A stretch of DNA of 64,000 bases. It comes from a virus. The stretch lies in IMG/VR virus record IMGVR_UViG_3300023202_000205, positions 115,365 through 179,364 of that record; one strand, given 5' to 3'. The position numbers and the translations under genes were made by a program. The notes below the pieces were generated by a model, which ran no database searches, was not told where the DNA came from, and saw nothing but the letters and a program-made list of their open reading frames with translations. Shown here in pieces: positions 26,397 to 36,930 of the stretch (the stretch's first letter is position 1; each line of letters begins with the position of its first letter).

Positions 26397-27631
26397 TACT
26401 TCTTACCTTTTTTCTTCTCCGACAGTTTGCCGGCTTCGAAGTCGATGTCTGCCGTTTGAATGGACGGAAACTCCGTAATATTGAGGAAGTTCGACAACCG
26501 ATCACGTGTTTCGATATCGTCCTCAATGCTCCTCCCGAAAGCGTAATAGCTGGCCCCATCCAGGTCTAGCTGCTTACACTTGATGCTGTTCTTCTTCTGT
26601 TCGGTGAAGTCCAGGATCTCGGCCAGCCGCTCTTTGTCTTCTTTGAAAAACTTGGGCTTGAACTTGTCGTTGTACTTCATGTTCACCAACAAGTTGCCCA
26701 AAGCACCATACCAATCAAACCACATGGCTTGCCTGGTACTCCCATCTTCCTGGGGGACATGCTGCCAGCAGAGTGGTACCATGAGACTACGGTCCCCTGG
26801 TCCAACACAGGATCGGGCAGTCCGTATCCACATCTCATACCCTTCAACAGCCGTCCCTTCAAACGGGGCTGAGTCATCCTTGGCTTTACGGAAGGCACCT
26901 CCTTTATTGATACGAAGGTGGGTTGAGCAAGAAAACTGAGCTGCGGTAGCCCCCTTCTCCTTGTACTGCGTTCCGTAACCAGTCTGCTCCATCGACTTCT
27001 TCATATGCTGGACCCAAGCCACCGAGCACGTGGTCCCGAGAAGGTTGAGTGTCTCCAAGAAGTTGGTTACCTGCAAACTCGCTACGGGAAACCCGCGCTC
27101 AGCAGCGGAACCCTCCTTACGAAGAGTCCTGTCTGCCTCGTCCGTAGACCTGGCCATTAGGGAGTCGATGGTTACGAAGATTGGCTCTCGCTTGTTCTTT
27201 TCCTTGTTCCCCATATTGCGAGAGTGCTCGACAGCCCTAGTAACCATTGTCTGCCACTCGCCTATGGAGCCACATACCTTATAAGCTCTTTTTTTCTGTT
27301 CGGCTATACCATTCCACCAAGTCATGGCGTCCAGCATAGTTGGGGAAGTTTTGTTCTCTGTATCCAGCAACAGATGGACACCATTGTCTCTAATGAACCA
27401 ATTGCCTAACTCAACGGCGAGTGTTGATTTAAATGACTTCTCCTCTCCACTCAGTCCGTAATATCGCTGACTGGGGAGTATAGAGGACCCGCCTATCAGC
27501 CACTGGAAAGCCAAGTAAGGTATTTCCACACCCCAGGTATGCTGGGCGTGGTCCCCCTGCAGGTAAGCCTTAGAGGAAGTAGAATGCTTGTTGAGGTCCG
27601 CGATAAGGCCGCTGACTATATCGTCGCTCAT
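26396..27631 (-). CDS. uvsX: RecA/UvsX-like recombinase
   Basis: Walker A SGEEKSFKST, LLLDTE, FVTIDSL Walker B. Confidence 0.8.
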   Translation of the reverse strand: MSDDIVSGLIADLNKHSTSSKAYLQGDHAQHTWGVEIPYLAFQWLIGGSSILPSQRYYGLSGEEKSFKSTLAVELGNWFIRDNGVHLLLDTENKTSPTMLDAMTWWNGIAEQKKRAYKVCGSIGEWQTMVTRAVEHSRNMGNKEKNKREPIFVTIDSLMARSTDEADRTLRKEGSAAERGFPVASLQVTNFLETLNLLGTTCSVAWVQHMKKSMEQTGYGTQYKEKGATAAQFSCSTHLRINKGGAFRKAKDDSAPFEGTAVEGYEMWIRTARSCVGPGDRSLMVPLCWQHVPQEDGSTRQAMWFDWYGALGNLLVNMKYNDKFKPKFFKEDKERLAEILDFTEQKKNSIKCKQLDLDGASYYAFGRSIEDDIETRDRLSNFLNITEFPSIQTADIDFEAGKLSEKKKGKK

Positions 27632-27691
27632 GAATACTCCTCATAAGTAACTGCGTGGGCACAGACGGTTGTACCCACGCAGGTAGCTGGT

Positions 27692-28819
27692 TCAGATGTC
27701 CCCGTCGAGCAAGTCCTCGTAGAACTTCGCTTTGTCTTCGGCGGAAGTCGGTTCGCCAGCGTTCCCCGACTCACCAGCGTCCGAGGGTGTACTGGACACC
27801 TTGGAAGAACGCCCCTCATCGCCTGAACTACTGTCGAGAGGGTTGGTCAAATCCTCATCCAACTCGATCTGCAAGGAAGTGTCGGCCGTGCCTTCTGATC
27901 CCTGAGTTGACGGGCCCTGGCCCGGCAGATCGTCTCCCGCAGGAGGCGTGTAACCGGTCTGAGCAGGGGTAGCCGCACCCTGGCCAAACACCCTTTCATA
28001 GTCATCGGGGAACGCGAACTCGACGATGCTACGGCCAAAACAGGCAACAGCAGCGCGAAGCTGTTCGTCGAAAGTCCTGATCTTCAAAGCCTTATCCCAA
28101 GGAACCCAGAGCTCCTTGCATTTCTGGGCTGGAAGCGGAATTTTATCCCCCAGCTCGGCGTTGAAGATCTTGATCTTGCGGTTCATCTTCTGCTCTTCTG
28201 GAGTCAGGATGATCGCCCTGCCCTCCTCCGGGCTGAAGATATCCAGGTCGCGCTTATTGGCTTCTAGCAGAACCTCGCTAACCGACTCAGCAGCTGTAGT
28301 GGTCAGAAACACCACTTGCTTGGTTTTGACCTTATCCAGCTTTTCATCATTAAACTGGATGACCAAGGCTTGGAGAAGCGCCATGTCCGGAGTCGGCCGC
28401 AACTGAGCTTCCATACCTCCATCAAGGATGGCGTCCACCCGCTCCTTGATGTGGGAGGGCAGTTGGTTCTTCTTCTGCCGACCACGAAGCCGGATGAAAA
28501 GGCCAGGAAACACCATATTCACATGGTCGTCTTCCCTACGATCGGAGGAACGGGCGATACCGCTGAATCGACTATCGATGCCTGCATTGATCGTAACCGG
28601 TTCTATCCGGAAATTACTGAAGTCAGGCCCAGATGGCGTCATCGAGTTCAGCATAGGGCGTATCGAGCCGTCCTCCGCGATCTCTGGGATAGGCCGAATG
28701 ATCGTCACACCTTTGTTGGTGCTCGGACGCGCTGCGTTTGCGTACTCTTCATGAACACACGCATTGAAGAAGTTTTTATCTCCTTCTTGCTTGTCGTTCA
28801 TGCGATTGATTACTGCCAC
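27692..28819 (-). CDS. putative single-stranded DNA-binding protein
   Basis: TIIRPIP segment, acidic C-terminal tail (EDLLDGDI), position between PolA and RecA. Confidence 0.55.
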   Translation of the reverse strand: MAVINRMNDKQEGDKNFFNACVHEEYANAARPSTNKGVTIIRPIPEIAEDGSIRPMLNSMTPSGPDFSNFRIEPVTINAGIDSRFSGIARSSDRREDDHVNMVFPGLFIRLRGRQKKNQLPSHIKERVDAILDGGMEAQLRPTPDMALLQALVIQFNDEKLDKVKTKQVVFLTTTAAESVSEVLLEANKRDLDIFSPEEGRAIILTPEEQKMNRKIKIFNAELGDKIPLPAQKCKELWVPWDKALKIRTFDEQLRAAVACFGRSIVEFAFPDDYERVFGQGAATPAQTGYTPPAGDDLPGQGPSTQGSEGTADTSLQIELDEDLTNPLDSSSGDEGRSSKVSSTPSDAGESGNAGEPTSAEDKAKFYEDLLDGDI

Positions 28820-28971
28820 TCTATCTCCTTAGATTTGTGGTCTGGTTGATTGTATGCTTGCGGTAAACAAGCAGGAAGTGCTGGACAAACGATACTACAT
28901 CTCTTTCGGGCGTGTCCATAGGTTCTATGGGACCTACCGTAGGTAGCTGCCCCCACAGCTACATATAGTAG

Positions 28972-31900
28972 CTACGTAGCAGAAGTAACGTAGAGGCTCC
29001 TGTACTCCTCCATGTCTTTCTCCTTTTCTGGGTCGTAACCCTTGTCACTCCAACGATGTGGGAAAATCTCCACATCGACCCCTAGGTAGTGCTCGGTGCC
29101 CGGTAGCTTATTTTCGTACCCCATACAACTATAGATCAACGATAGCGCTTTGGGTACGTCCTCATACTTGATCTCGAATAAGAAGGCGTCGTGAACGGGT
29201 AGGAGTATTTCCATACCCGGAGCAGCCCCCTCTCTCCGCATATCTCGGAGCTTCCGATGCAACATGACTCCCGCTTGAGCAAGTAGGTCGGCAACCGCTC
29301 CTTGAATCGGGCTATTCTTGGCTTCGCGTCTAACAGCCGCCTGATCCCACTCGCTCATCTGGTTAGCGCCTTGGAAGTAACGCCGCCTATTAAACGCGTT
29401 CTCTATGTATTCCTGCTTAACGGCTTTGTCGCTATTTTTGACAAGCCATTCCCAGGCCTCAGGAAAAGACTTGGCCAACCCATTGATAATCGCCTGGGTA
29501 TCTTCCGGGCTAACAGGGTCAGAGACCACCTTATTGATCTCCCGGGCTAAGGCTGCCGCACCCCTTCCGTACATAACGCCAAAGTTCACCGACTTGGCTG
29601 CAATGCGGAGAGCACTGTACTTCTTTTTGATATTTGATGACCATGCGTCGTAAGTTGCTTTGTCGCCAGAATCTATAGCGGCAATGGCCGCTGGTAGATC
29701 CTCCAATTCAGGGAGTTTAAAAGCGGTAGCACAGACTTCGCTATGTAGATCTCTTCCCTTCTGAACGACTTCGATAAGGGCTGGATCACCACTTACATAG
29801 GCCCAGATGCAAAGCTCCGCAGTCGCAAAGTCAGCCTCGATTAGACAGTATCCTGGGCGGGATACGAAGCACGACGCGAATTTGGGGACGTTGATACGGT
29901 CTTCCGGCTCAATGCGGTCAGGCCCCTGGTACGGCTCTTTACCGGGTAACCAATTACCGTTTTCGTCTGTCTCCCCATCATAGGTACGTTTCTCGTAGTC
30001 CTCTATAGAGCACTCAAAAGTATGCTCAACCAGAGCCTCGAACGCAGCTGCTTCTTGCTTCTTAGGCTTGGTTTGCAAGTTCGCCTTGGAAGAAGAATAC
30101 CTACCAGTGGTAGTCAACTGACTTAGGCGTGTCCTGACCCTGCCGTCGGACCAGATATTGTTGTGGAACCCTTTACCGTCTTCCGGTACGCCAAACTCAT
30201 TGGCTATCTGAGGTGCCAAATAAGTTGAAAGAAACTTGCCGATGACCGACAAGTGCTTCAACAAGCGAAGGATTCTGATATCTGAGTTATCGGAGTGAAG
30301 GAGGTCCAGCGCTTCTGCACTAACTGCCGGGGTGTGGTATTCTTCTTCGCCTTCTTCCAGGATTTGTTTCCAGTCCTTAGGGTACTTGTCCGTGTTGAAC
30401 AATGGTTGCAAACCAAGCGTATGGGCACCTTCAGGAGGCGTTTTAGCATTCTTGTACTTATGCCCATAATAGAGCAGCATCTTGATCTGCTCATCGCTTG
30501 CTGGATTGAGTGACGGCCAGTTAGCTTCCTCCCTTACCCTCACTAAAAGGTCGGAGTATACCGGCTCATAGATGTCCCTCAGTTTGGACCGCTGTTCCTC
30601 ATCTATCAGAATGCCCTGTCGTTCCACCTGGTAGAGATGCCAACTCGTTGGGGCCACGTGACGGAAGTAGAGACGTTTAAGCGTTTCGGTCTGATTGAGC
30701 TCCTTTAACAGCTCCAGCGCTACCTGCCAAGTCACGTCGGCATCGATCTGTGCATATGGAATCAATATTTCGTAAGGGATATCCCTATAACCGAACTGAA
30801 GATGCTTATTTCTTTTTCCAGTACTTTCTAGATACTCTTCCAGCTCCCTCCAAAAAGCCCCATACGAGGGGCAGTACTTACGCACCAAATGATCCAAACC
30901 CTGGCTCTCGTCACCATAGAGCAGGTGGTGAATCAGCATGGTATCAATACCGTCTTCGATGCGCTCGGTAATAGGGTACCCGTTTCGATCAAACTGCTCA
31001 CAATCGACTCGTAGGTGCTGGGCGCAGATACGCCAGTTACGGTCTAGGAGTAGCTGCTGAACGGAATACCAAATCCGATGCCAGTCCTCCGGACTATGCA
31101 TGACCTTACCGGCTTTGTAGAACTTCCCTTTATACTCGAAGTCATATTCGTGGAACTGCCTCCAAACGACCGCCTTCTCTTCCTTGGCAACATAGGCAGC
31201 ATATCGCTTCTCGCCGCGCCTGGCGGAAGAGTCTTTCTCAGAAAAGAGTTTCCAAGGGTCTTTGTATTTTGCCTCGGCCCACTCTTCGAAGGACATCACG
31301 TCAGGGTGGGGTTTAACTACCTCGACCTGCTCGGTCAGTTGTATAAAGGCCGACGTTCTTGGTCCCCAGGATAGCTGAATAGACAGTGTCTCGTTGTGCT
31401 CTTCTCGGGCGTACCTATTACCAAACTCTGTATCGAACGCAACCCAAGGCGGGTTTTCCTTTCGTATCTCCTGGCACAGGGCCTCTACTTCCTCGGCTGT
31501 TGCGCAGATACGATAGTCCATGCCGGAGTTTCTGCGGTGAAACAAGTCATCTTTGACTTCTCTCGCCCGAACGAGCTCTTTCCGAAATACGCTTATCTCG
31601 GCGTGCCCTCCTAGAAATGCGAAGGGGCTGTACGTTGGTATAACCTTTGTAGAGTGACCTCCGATTTCGTAATCCAGGACGTCACCCTGGTAAGTATCAA
31701 GTTTGGCTTTCCTACCGTAAAGGGCTTTTACTGCGTCAGCACCAAAGGCTATTATCACGTCTGGTTTACAATGTTCGATATCCGCCTGGAGGTAGGGCAG
31801 CCCCTCTTTTTTATGTCGCTGTTCATACTTATTTAGTGTACGGGGCAGTGTAAAACGACAAACGTGTGTTGCCACACACTCCCCTAGAAGGAGCCCCGCC

Positions 31901-32256
31901 CTTTTAAGCTCGTCTCTCAGGAACCTGCCTACCCTTGTCTTAGGATGTAGTACTGTGTGTTCTTCGACGTCCTTTGCATTAGGGCTGGGTAGAATAAGCA
32001 TCACCCTAGTAGGTCGCCATCCCCGGGCTTCGCTTTTCTGGAGTTCCCGCTCCTCGGGCAGACTTGCTTTTGAGAAGGCTGTACCTACCCACCCACAGGG
32101 GAGGTGGTCAAGGTTACCCAACCGGTGTACCGGCAGGACGAGACTCTGATTGCAGACGAGCTCTATAAACTCGTCAGTATCGTAAGCCTCGTAATGTTGC
32201 TTACGGTATTCCTCGTGCTCCGGGGAGAGCACTGACCGGGTAACTGGTGTTGGCAT
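28972..32256 (-). CDS. polA: family A DNA polymerase with N-terminal uracil-DNA-glycosylase-like domain and 3'-5' exonuclease
   Basis: KPDVIIAFG..A / IPTYSP (UDG fold), FDTE exonuclease, TTTGRYSS..NLQ, EADF motif A, R..AKSVNFGVMYG motif B, VHDA motif C. Confidence 0.95.
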   Translation of the reverse strand: MPTPVTRSVLSPEHEEYRKQHYEAYDTDEFIELVCNQSLVLPVHRLGNLDHLPCGWVGTAFSKASLPEERELQKSEARGWRPTRVMLILPSPNAKDVEEHTVLHPKTRVGRFLRDELKRAGLLLGECVATHVCRFTLPRTLNKYEQRHKKEGLPYLQADIEHCKPDVIIAFGADAVKALYGRKAKLDTYQGDVLDYEIGGHSTKVIPTYSPFAFLGGHAEISVFRKELVRAREVKDDLFHRRNSGMDYRICATAEEVEALCQEIRKENPPWVAFDTEFGNRYAREEHNETLSIQLSWGPRTSAFIQLTEQVEVVKPHPDVMSFEEWAEAKYKDPWKLFSEKDSSARRGEKRYAAYVAKEEKAVVWRQFHEYDFEYKGKFYKAGKVMHSPEDWHRIWYSVQQLLLDRNWRICAQHLRVDCEQFDRNGYPITERIEDGIDTMLIHHLLYGDESQGLDHLVRKYCPSYGAFWRELEEYLESTGKRNKHLQFGYRDIPYEILIPYAQIDADVTWQVALELLKELNQTETLKRLYFRHVAPTSWHLYQVERQGILIDEEQRSKLRDIYEPVYSDLLVRVREEANWPSLNPASDEQIKMLLYYGHKYKNAKTPPEGAHTLGLQPLFNTDKYPKDWKQILEEGEEEYHTPAVSAEALDLLHSDNSDIRILRLLKHLSVIGKFLSTYLAPQIANEFGVPEDGKGFHNNIWSDGRVRTRLSQLTTTGRYSSSKANLQTKPKKQEAAAFEALVEHTFECSIEDYEKRTYDGETDENGNWLPGKEPYQGPDRIEPEDRINVPKFASCFVSRPGYCLIEADFATAELCIWAYVSGDPALIEVVQKGRDLHSEVCATAFKLPELEDLPAAIAAIDSGDKATYDAWSSNIKKKYSALRIAAKSVNFGVMYGRGAAALAREINKVVSDPVSPEDTQAIINGLAKSFPEAWEWLVKNSDKAVKQEYIENAFNRRRYFQGANQMSEWDQAAVRREAKNSPIQGAVADLLAQAGVMLHRKLRDMRREGAAPGMEILLPVHDAFLFEIKYEDVPKALSLIYSCMGYENKLPGTEHYLGVDVEIFPHRWSDKGYDPEKEKDMEEYRSLYVTSAT

Positions 32257-32273
32257 AGGTGCTCTCCTCTCCC

Positions 32274-33362
32274 TTAGTCCATCACTTTATTGATAAGCTT
32301 ATTCATCTCACGCATGCCTAGATCTGCCGCATCCGGCACTGAAACATCTTCGCCATCATTGTGCTTCCTCGCAAGTTCTAGGACCTCCTGAGGCCAACGT
32401 ATAGTGCGTACGTCCTCAAGATGCTTACCGAGAAGGTTCTGTAGCTCCTCTACGTAGACTCTCCCACCGCCTCCCTTTCGGTTATCAGGTACGAACGTAT
32501 CCGCGTCAGTAGCAATGATGGCCACTTTAAACCTCTCGCTGAGTTGCTCTGCTCTGAGGGTGTTAAGCTGTTTCCCGAACATGGCAATACCGGTAGGGCC
32601 GCTGAAGATAGCATTTAAGATGCCTTCTGAAAGCACCGGTATGTCTAGCGGGGATACGCCATGGAGGTTGTAGAACACCTTCACAAACCCAGGAGGTAAG
32701 TACCACCTGGGCTGGGTGTTAGGAGAGATGGCTCTCCCCTGCCAGGCTACCTGCTTACCACTGATATCCCAGATAGGGAATATAATGCGGTACTGAGCAG
32801 GTAGGAAGATCTCGTCTTTGGTGGCTGTCCAGCATGCTCCGTAGACTCGGGTTACATACTCTACGACTTTGTAGCTCGTAAACCCACGGTAGTTGGATAA
32901 CAGGAACTTGATGGCGTCGTGATCCTTAGGTAACTCTGTGAGCGGCACACACCCTTGAGGCATGGGTATAGCGCCTCTCTGTGTTCGCGCGGACACTTTT
33001 CTCTCGAGCTCAGGAATATCATCTGGGAGGTCGATCTCGTAAGCCTTTACCTTCTCCAGCAGTTCCATCCAAAATTCATCGGGCATGCTTTGCTCGCAAG
33101 ACTCGTTATAGCAGTGGATAAGCCCCAGCACCCTGCTTCGGTTGAAGTTGCTTACCCGGTCTAACCACCGGTAACTGATGGATAAACGCTGCTTTTCGTC
33201 ACCACAGAACGGGCAGTCCACATTGTAGGATTCCCCTCGCTCTATTACTTGATTGTGCCCACCAGGTACACGTTCTTCAATTCGCTTAACTCCCTCGTTA
33301 TAGACCTTGAGATAGCCGAATCGCTCCACGAGCGCGGCGTATAGGGGTTCGTTGAGTACCAT
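32274..33362 (-). CDS. DNA primase (Zn finger + TOPRIM)
   Basis: CPFC.D...HCYN..C zinc-binding domain, WQGRAI, LSEGILNAI, ATDAD. Confidence 0.85.
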   Translation of the reverse strand: MVLNEPLYAALVERFGYLKVYNEGVKRIEERVPGGHNQVIERGESYNVDCPFCGDEKQRLSISYRWLDRVSNFNRSRVLGLIHCYNESCEQSMPDEFWMELLEKVKAYEIDLPDDIPELERKVSARTQRGAIPMPQGCVPLTELPKDHDAIKFLLSNYRGFTSYKVVEYVTRVYGACWTATKDEIFLPAQYRIIFPIWDISGKQVAWQGRAISPNTQPRWYLPPGFVKVFYNLHGVSPLDIPVLSEGILNAIFSGPTGIAMFGKQLNTLRAEQLSERFKVAIIATDADTFVPDNRKGGGGRVYVEELQNLLGKHLEDVRTIRWPQEVLELARKHNDGEDVSVPDAADLGMREMNKLINKVMD

Positions 33363-33365
33363 AAG

Positions 33366-34829
33366 CTACGTCTCGTGTAGTTTCTTGCCGTGCTCAGAAG
33401 GGACTTTATTACTGTCCCGCTTATCGCTATGCTTAGCAAAAAAGCGTTTACCCTTCATTTCAAAGCGGTCGCTCACATCGTAGAACGCCGCCAACTCACC
33501 TCGCAAGCACATAACAGAGTGGTTGCCTAGGATGCCATCATCGCGGCTTTTCACCCAGGTCAGTAGAGAATTGCCAGTAACGGGGTCCTGCTTGTTTACA
33601 GCAATAGCGTACTTCATAGGGGCTGTGAACATGCGGCAATCAGCTGCACAGTACATATCTGGTCGGTTGAAGGGGCCTCGTTTCACCACGTCAGCTGCCA
33701 TTTGCTGCGAGACAGCTATGATGCAGTTCGATCGATAAGCCTCTTGGGCAAGCGTATAACTGAGTGATTGGATCTCCATTTCCTTGGTCCGCTTGGTGGT
33801 CTGCATCACCGCGTCCGCCAGAATACCAGCCCAGTCGACATATACGTACGTAGGCTTCTTACCACGCGAGCGTAGCTGGCCTATTTCCGCCAATATAGGC
33901 GCAGCACCTTCATGCATGGTATTATCTTTGACCATGTCAAGCCAGTGCAGGTACTCGTCGACGTACGATAGCTTTCTGGCTGTTTTTTGATTATCGATAC
34001 CGGCATTTTTCACTACGCTGTCTATACTATTCTTCTCAAAGAGCGTGTAGTCAAGCCCAAGGGCACACCCTAGAATCTTGTTCCTCATAGATCGAGTCAT
34101 ACCCTCTTCTGCAAGGACCAACAACGCGTGGTTGCCTCCAAGTGCTTGTGCTACAGCTAATTGAATACCAAAAGTTGTCTTACCACCATTCTGGGGAGCA
34201 ATGATTCCAACAGCGGATCCATTTACAGGCCCACTGCCGTTCCCGGTACAAGAGTCGATCCAAGGGATGAGAGTCGCTACCCGCTCTCCGGCCTCTTCGA
34301 GGTTTGTATCGAGGATGCCGGAATGGGAGCGGCCTCCTTTGACAGAAGACTGCTTGGCCTCCAAGTCGAGAATCTGCTTGCCGAGCCCGTCTATATCTCC
34401 CGTCTCAGCTGCCCCTCGTAGGGTCTCTTTTGCAGCTGGTCTAAACACGCAAATCTCTGCAATAGCTACAATAAGGTCTCTTGCCAACGCCTCGCTTTTT
34501 TCCGTTACCAGTTTTCGTACACATATGAACTCGCCAAGTTTTTTAAGGTATTCTTCTTTCTTGCCCGGACTGGGTACATGGCTATCAACGAAGTAATCCA
34601 CCTCTGCTTTGATAACTGCTTCATCTGGGGCCATCCCGTGTTTCTCGTAGTATTCTACGATCGCTCTAAAAATAACAGCTTGTGCCGGGCTCCCCTTGAT
34701 CTCCGAGTGGACGAGGTGCCGTCCATCCAACTGAGCGCTGATAGCACTTTCTAGTAGAGTTGGCGACCTAACCATTTGCGCTAACAAGATATCCAGGTGG
34801 CCTTCTTGGTACTTGAACGTGCTACTCAT
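33366..34829 (-). CDS. dnaB: DnaB-like replicative helicase
   Basis: APQNGGKTT Walker A, VYVDW, AVSQQ, K.R motif; adjacent to primase. Confidence 0.8.
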   Translation of the reverse strand: MSSTFKYQEGHLDILLAQMVRSPTLLESAISAQLDGRHLVHSEIKGSPAQAVIFRAIVEYYEKHGMAPDEAVIKAEVDYFVDSHVPSPGKKEEYLKKLGEFICVRKLVTEKSEALARDLIVAIAEICVFRPAAKETLRGAAETGDIDGLGKQILDLEAKQSSVKGGRSHSGILDTNLEEAGERVATLIPWIDSCTGNGSGPVNGSAVGIIAPQNGGKTTFGIQLAVAQALGGNHALLVLAEEGMTRSMRNKILGCALGLDYTLFEKNSIDSVVKNAGIDNQKTARKLSYVDEYLHWLDMVKDNTMHEGAAPILAEIGQLRSRGKKPTYVYVDWAGILADAVMQTTKRTKEMEIQSLSYTLAQEAYRSNCIIAVSQQMAADVVKRGPFNRPDMYCAADCRMFTAPMKYAIAVNKQDPVTGNSLLTWVKSRDDGILGNHSVMCLRGELAAFYDVSDRFEMKGKRFFAKHSDKRDSNKVPSEHGKKLHET

Positions 34830-35395
34830 TGAAGGAACTCCAGTTCTCCGGCGAAGGCCTCGTTAGCGACAGGTGTGGCCTTCAGCTCCATAATGGCGCC
34901 GTCTCTGTAACGCTTGACTATTTCAGGGAAGCCAAGCTTATTCGCCATCACAGCTCTGAAGAGTGGTGTAAGGTGTACCGTTTGATCCTCGAGGGTCTCA
35001 CGGTATCCGTAGATCTTCGCCCAACGTTGAAAGCAAATCAACTGGCTTTTATAGCGTCGTGCGGAATGAGTATCCGATACCTGGTAGGTCCTAATGGACC
35101 CGCTGATTTTCTCACTAGCAATAAGGGCGGGCCAGAACTTACCTAGTACGGCCATACCATCCAGTTGTGCTTTGACAAACTCACCGGGCGATTGCTCTCT
35201 TAGACGACAAAGCCGGGCGGCCTTGTAAAACTTGACGTAGTCTTTCTTGGCTATTCGTGCGGTACCGGATACGTAAGTCTTTCTCAGTTCAACAAACAGG
35301 TTCATGAGCTCTTCGGCAAGCTCTACCAACTCTGGGTCTGGTATATGGTGGCGTCCCTGGCTATCGATAATCTCGATGTGGTCGATACGTCCCAT
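34826..35395 (-). CDS. hypothetical replication-associated protein
   Basis: 189 aa, coupled between SF2 helicase and DnaB. Confidence 0.65.
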   Translation of the reverse strand: MGRIDHIEIIDSQGRHHIPDPELVELAEELMNLFVELRKTYVSGTARIAKKDYVKFYKAARLCRLREQSPGEFVKAQLDGMAVLGKFWPALIASEKISGSIRTYQVSDTHSARRYKSQLICFQRWAKIYGYRETLEDQTVHLTPLFRAVMANKLGFPEIVKRYRDGAIMELKATPVANEAFAGELEFLQ

Positions 35396-36930
35396 TACCG
35401 TACCTCAACTTGAAATCCATTCTTCCTATAGACTCTTAGACGCTGCACAGACCTATACTGTAGGTTCTTGCTGAACTTGTCCATGAAATCAATGAGGAGC
35501 CCCTGCAGCTTGGAAGTCTTGTCACCTAAGCGAGATAGACGACCAGGTACCTGCCCAGAGTCCAGTGGGCTCCCAGTACCGTCAGCTCGGACAAGTACTG
35601 CTAGGTCCCGGAAGTCGACCCCTTTCGACCAGATCTTGGTAGCGATGGCACGCTTGAGCTCATGGGTCTCGAACGCTTTACGATACGCTTCTCGCATCTT
35701 CTTAGTACAGGGCTCCTGTTCCGGTGTCATAGCCCCTCTTTTCCGCATAGCAGTTATACGGGCTGGGGAAGGCTCCCCTGTAACAATCGGGAACTCAGGA
35801 AGTAGTTGCCCTAGGGCATACGCATGCTCCGTCTTATCTACCATGACCAGTAGTTGTTGGTCGTCGCCGATCTCTTCCTCCACCTTACGTACCGTGTACG
35901 CTATGAGGCGGTTACGATAATCGTTTAGCCAAAGACCTAGCCGGTCAGCATCGGCCGTATTCCTCATGCCAGCCACATCGGGACCGGCCGAAGACGTAAT
36001 CATCCTTACCTGCAGCTGAACAATGTTGCCGCCGGCCACGCCTTCTTGGTAGGTTACGTCAGCTATTTGCTGTCCGAAGACCGCTTCACCAAACCCCTCA
36101 GCTTTATCACTCCTGCCCTCCGGGGTAGCAGTAAACCCGAAAATACGTGCACGACGGAACTTGTTGAACTTCTTGACGTAGTTCTCTGTCATTAGCGTGT
36201 GGCATTCATCCGCCAGTATGAGGTTCACGTCCTTGGGAGCCTTATGAAGCGACTGAGAAGTACACACAGTAACTCGACGAGTATAGCTTTTGCCCGCACC
36301 AATCCGGCCTAGCTGGCTGCCCAGATCGTACTTGAGATCATCGTAGATGTTAGAAGCAATATCGTTGGAGTTGACTGTAATCAGGATTTCTGCGCGGGGA
36401 TAGACCTTAGCTAACAGCTTGACTAGGAAGGTCTTACCCCACCCAGTAGGGCACACGACAATCCCACCCCGGTGTGCTAGCAGTTTGGAAAACACTTCCT
36501 TCTGCCGCGACCTCCAACTGACTCCTTCGATCTGAGATAAGTCAGGCTTCCCCAGACCGTCGTCTACAAAGTCCTCCACTGTTACTTGATACCCGTACTT
36601 ATTCAAGTCAGCTAAGATACGTGGGCCATATCCTGCTAACGCACAGAAAGCAGCAGTGTCCCCTTCCTCCGTATACCAGAATAGGGGTATTTTACTGATA
36701 TTACGTGTACGCACTGGGTATGTAGAACCAGTAGCTACGTCTTCCACCCACTCAGTATCCACTGAATGCCGCGATACAGTACAAACCTCTTCGTAAAACT
36801 CGCCCAGTTCGCTGGGGAAGAGGGCAAGAGCGCGCCCCAGGTATCTTAGCTTAGCTATCATTTCGAGTAAGACTCCATCGCTAACAAGTTGAAGACAGTA
36901 TGGCGATCTGTCGGCAACTCTCGCAGCCAC
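35395..36930 (-). CDS. superfamily 2 (UvsW-like) helicase
   Basis: CPTGWGKT, ILADECH, GFTATP, KGVDF, Q..GR..R. Confidence 0.9.
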   Translation of the reverse strand: MAARVADRSPYCLQLVSDGVLLEMIAKLRYLGRALALFPSELGEFYEEVCTVSRHSVDTEWVEDVATGSTYPVRTRNISKIPLFWYTEEGDTAAFCALAGYGPRILADLNKYGYQVTVEDFVDDGLGKPDLSQIEGVSWRSRQKEVFSKLLAHRGGIVVCPTGWGKTFLVKLLAKVYPRAEILITVNSNDIASNIYDDLKYDLGSQLGRIGAGKSYTRRVTVCTSQSLHKAPKDVNLILADECHTLMTENYVKKFNKFRRARIFGFTATPEGRSDKAEGFGEAVFGQQIADVTYQEGVAGGNIVQLQVRMITSSAGPDVAGMRNTADADRLGLWLNDYRNRLIAYTVRKVEEEIGDDQQLLVMVDKTEHAYALGQLLPEFPIVTGEPSPARITAMRKRGAMTPEQEPCTKKMREAYRKAFETHELKRAIATKIWSKGVDFRDLAVLVRADGTGSPLDSGQVPGRLSRLGDKTSKLQGLLIDFMDKFSKNLQYRSVQRLRVYRKNGFQVEVR

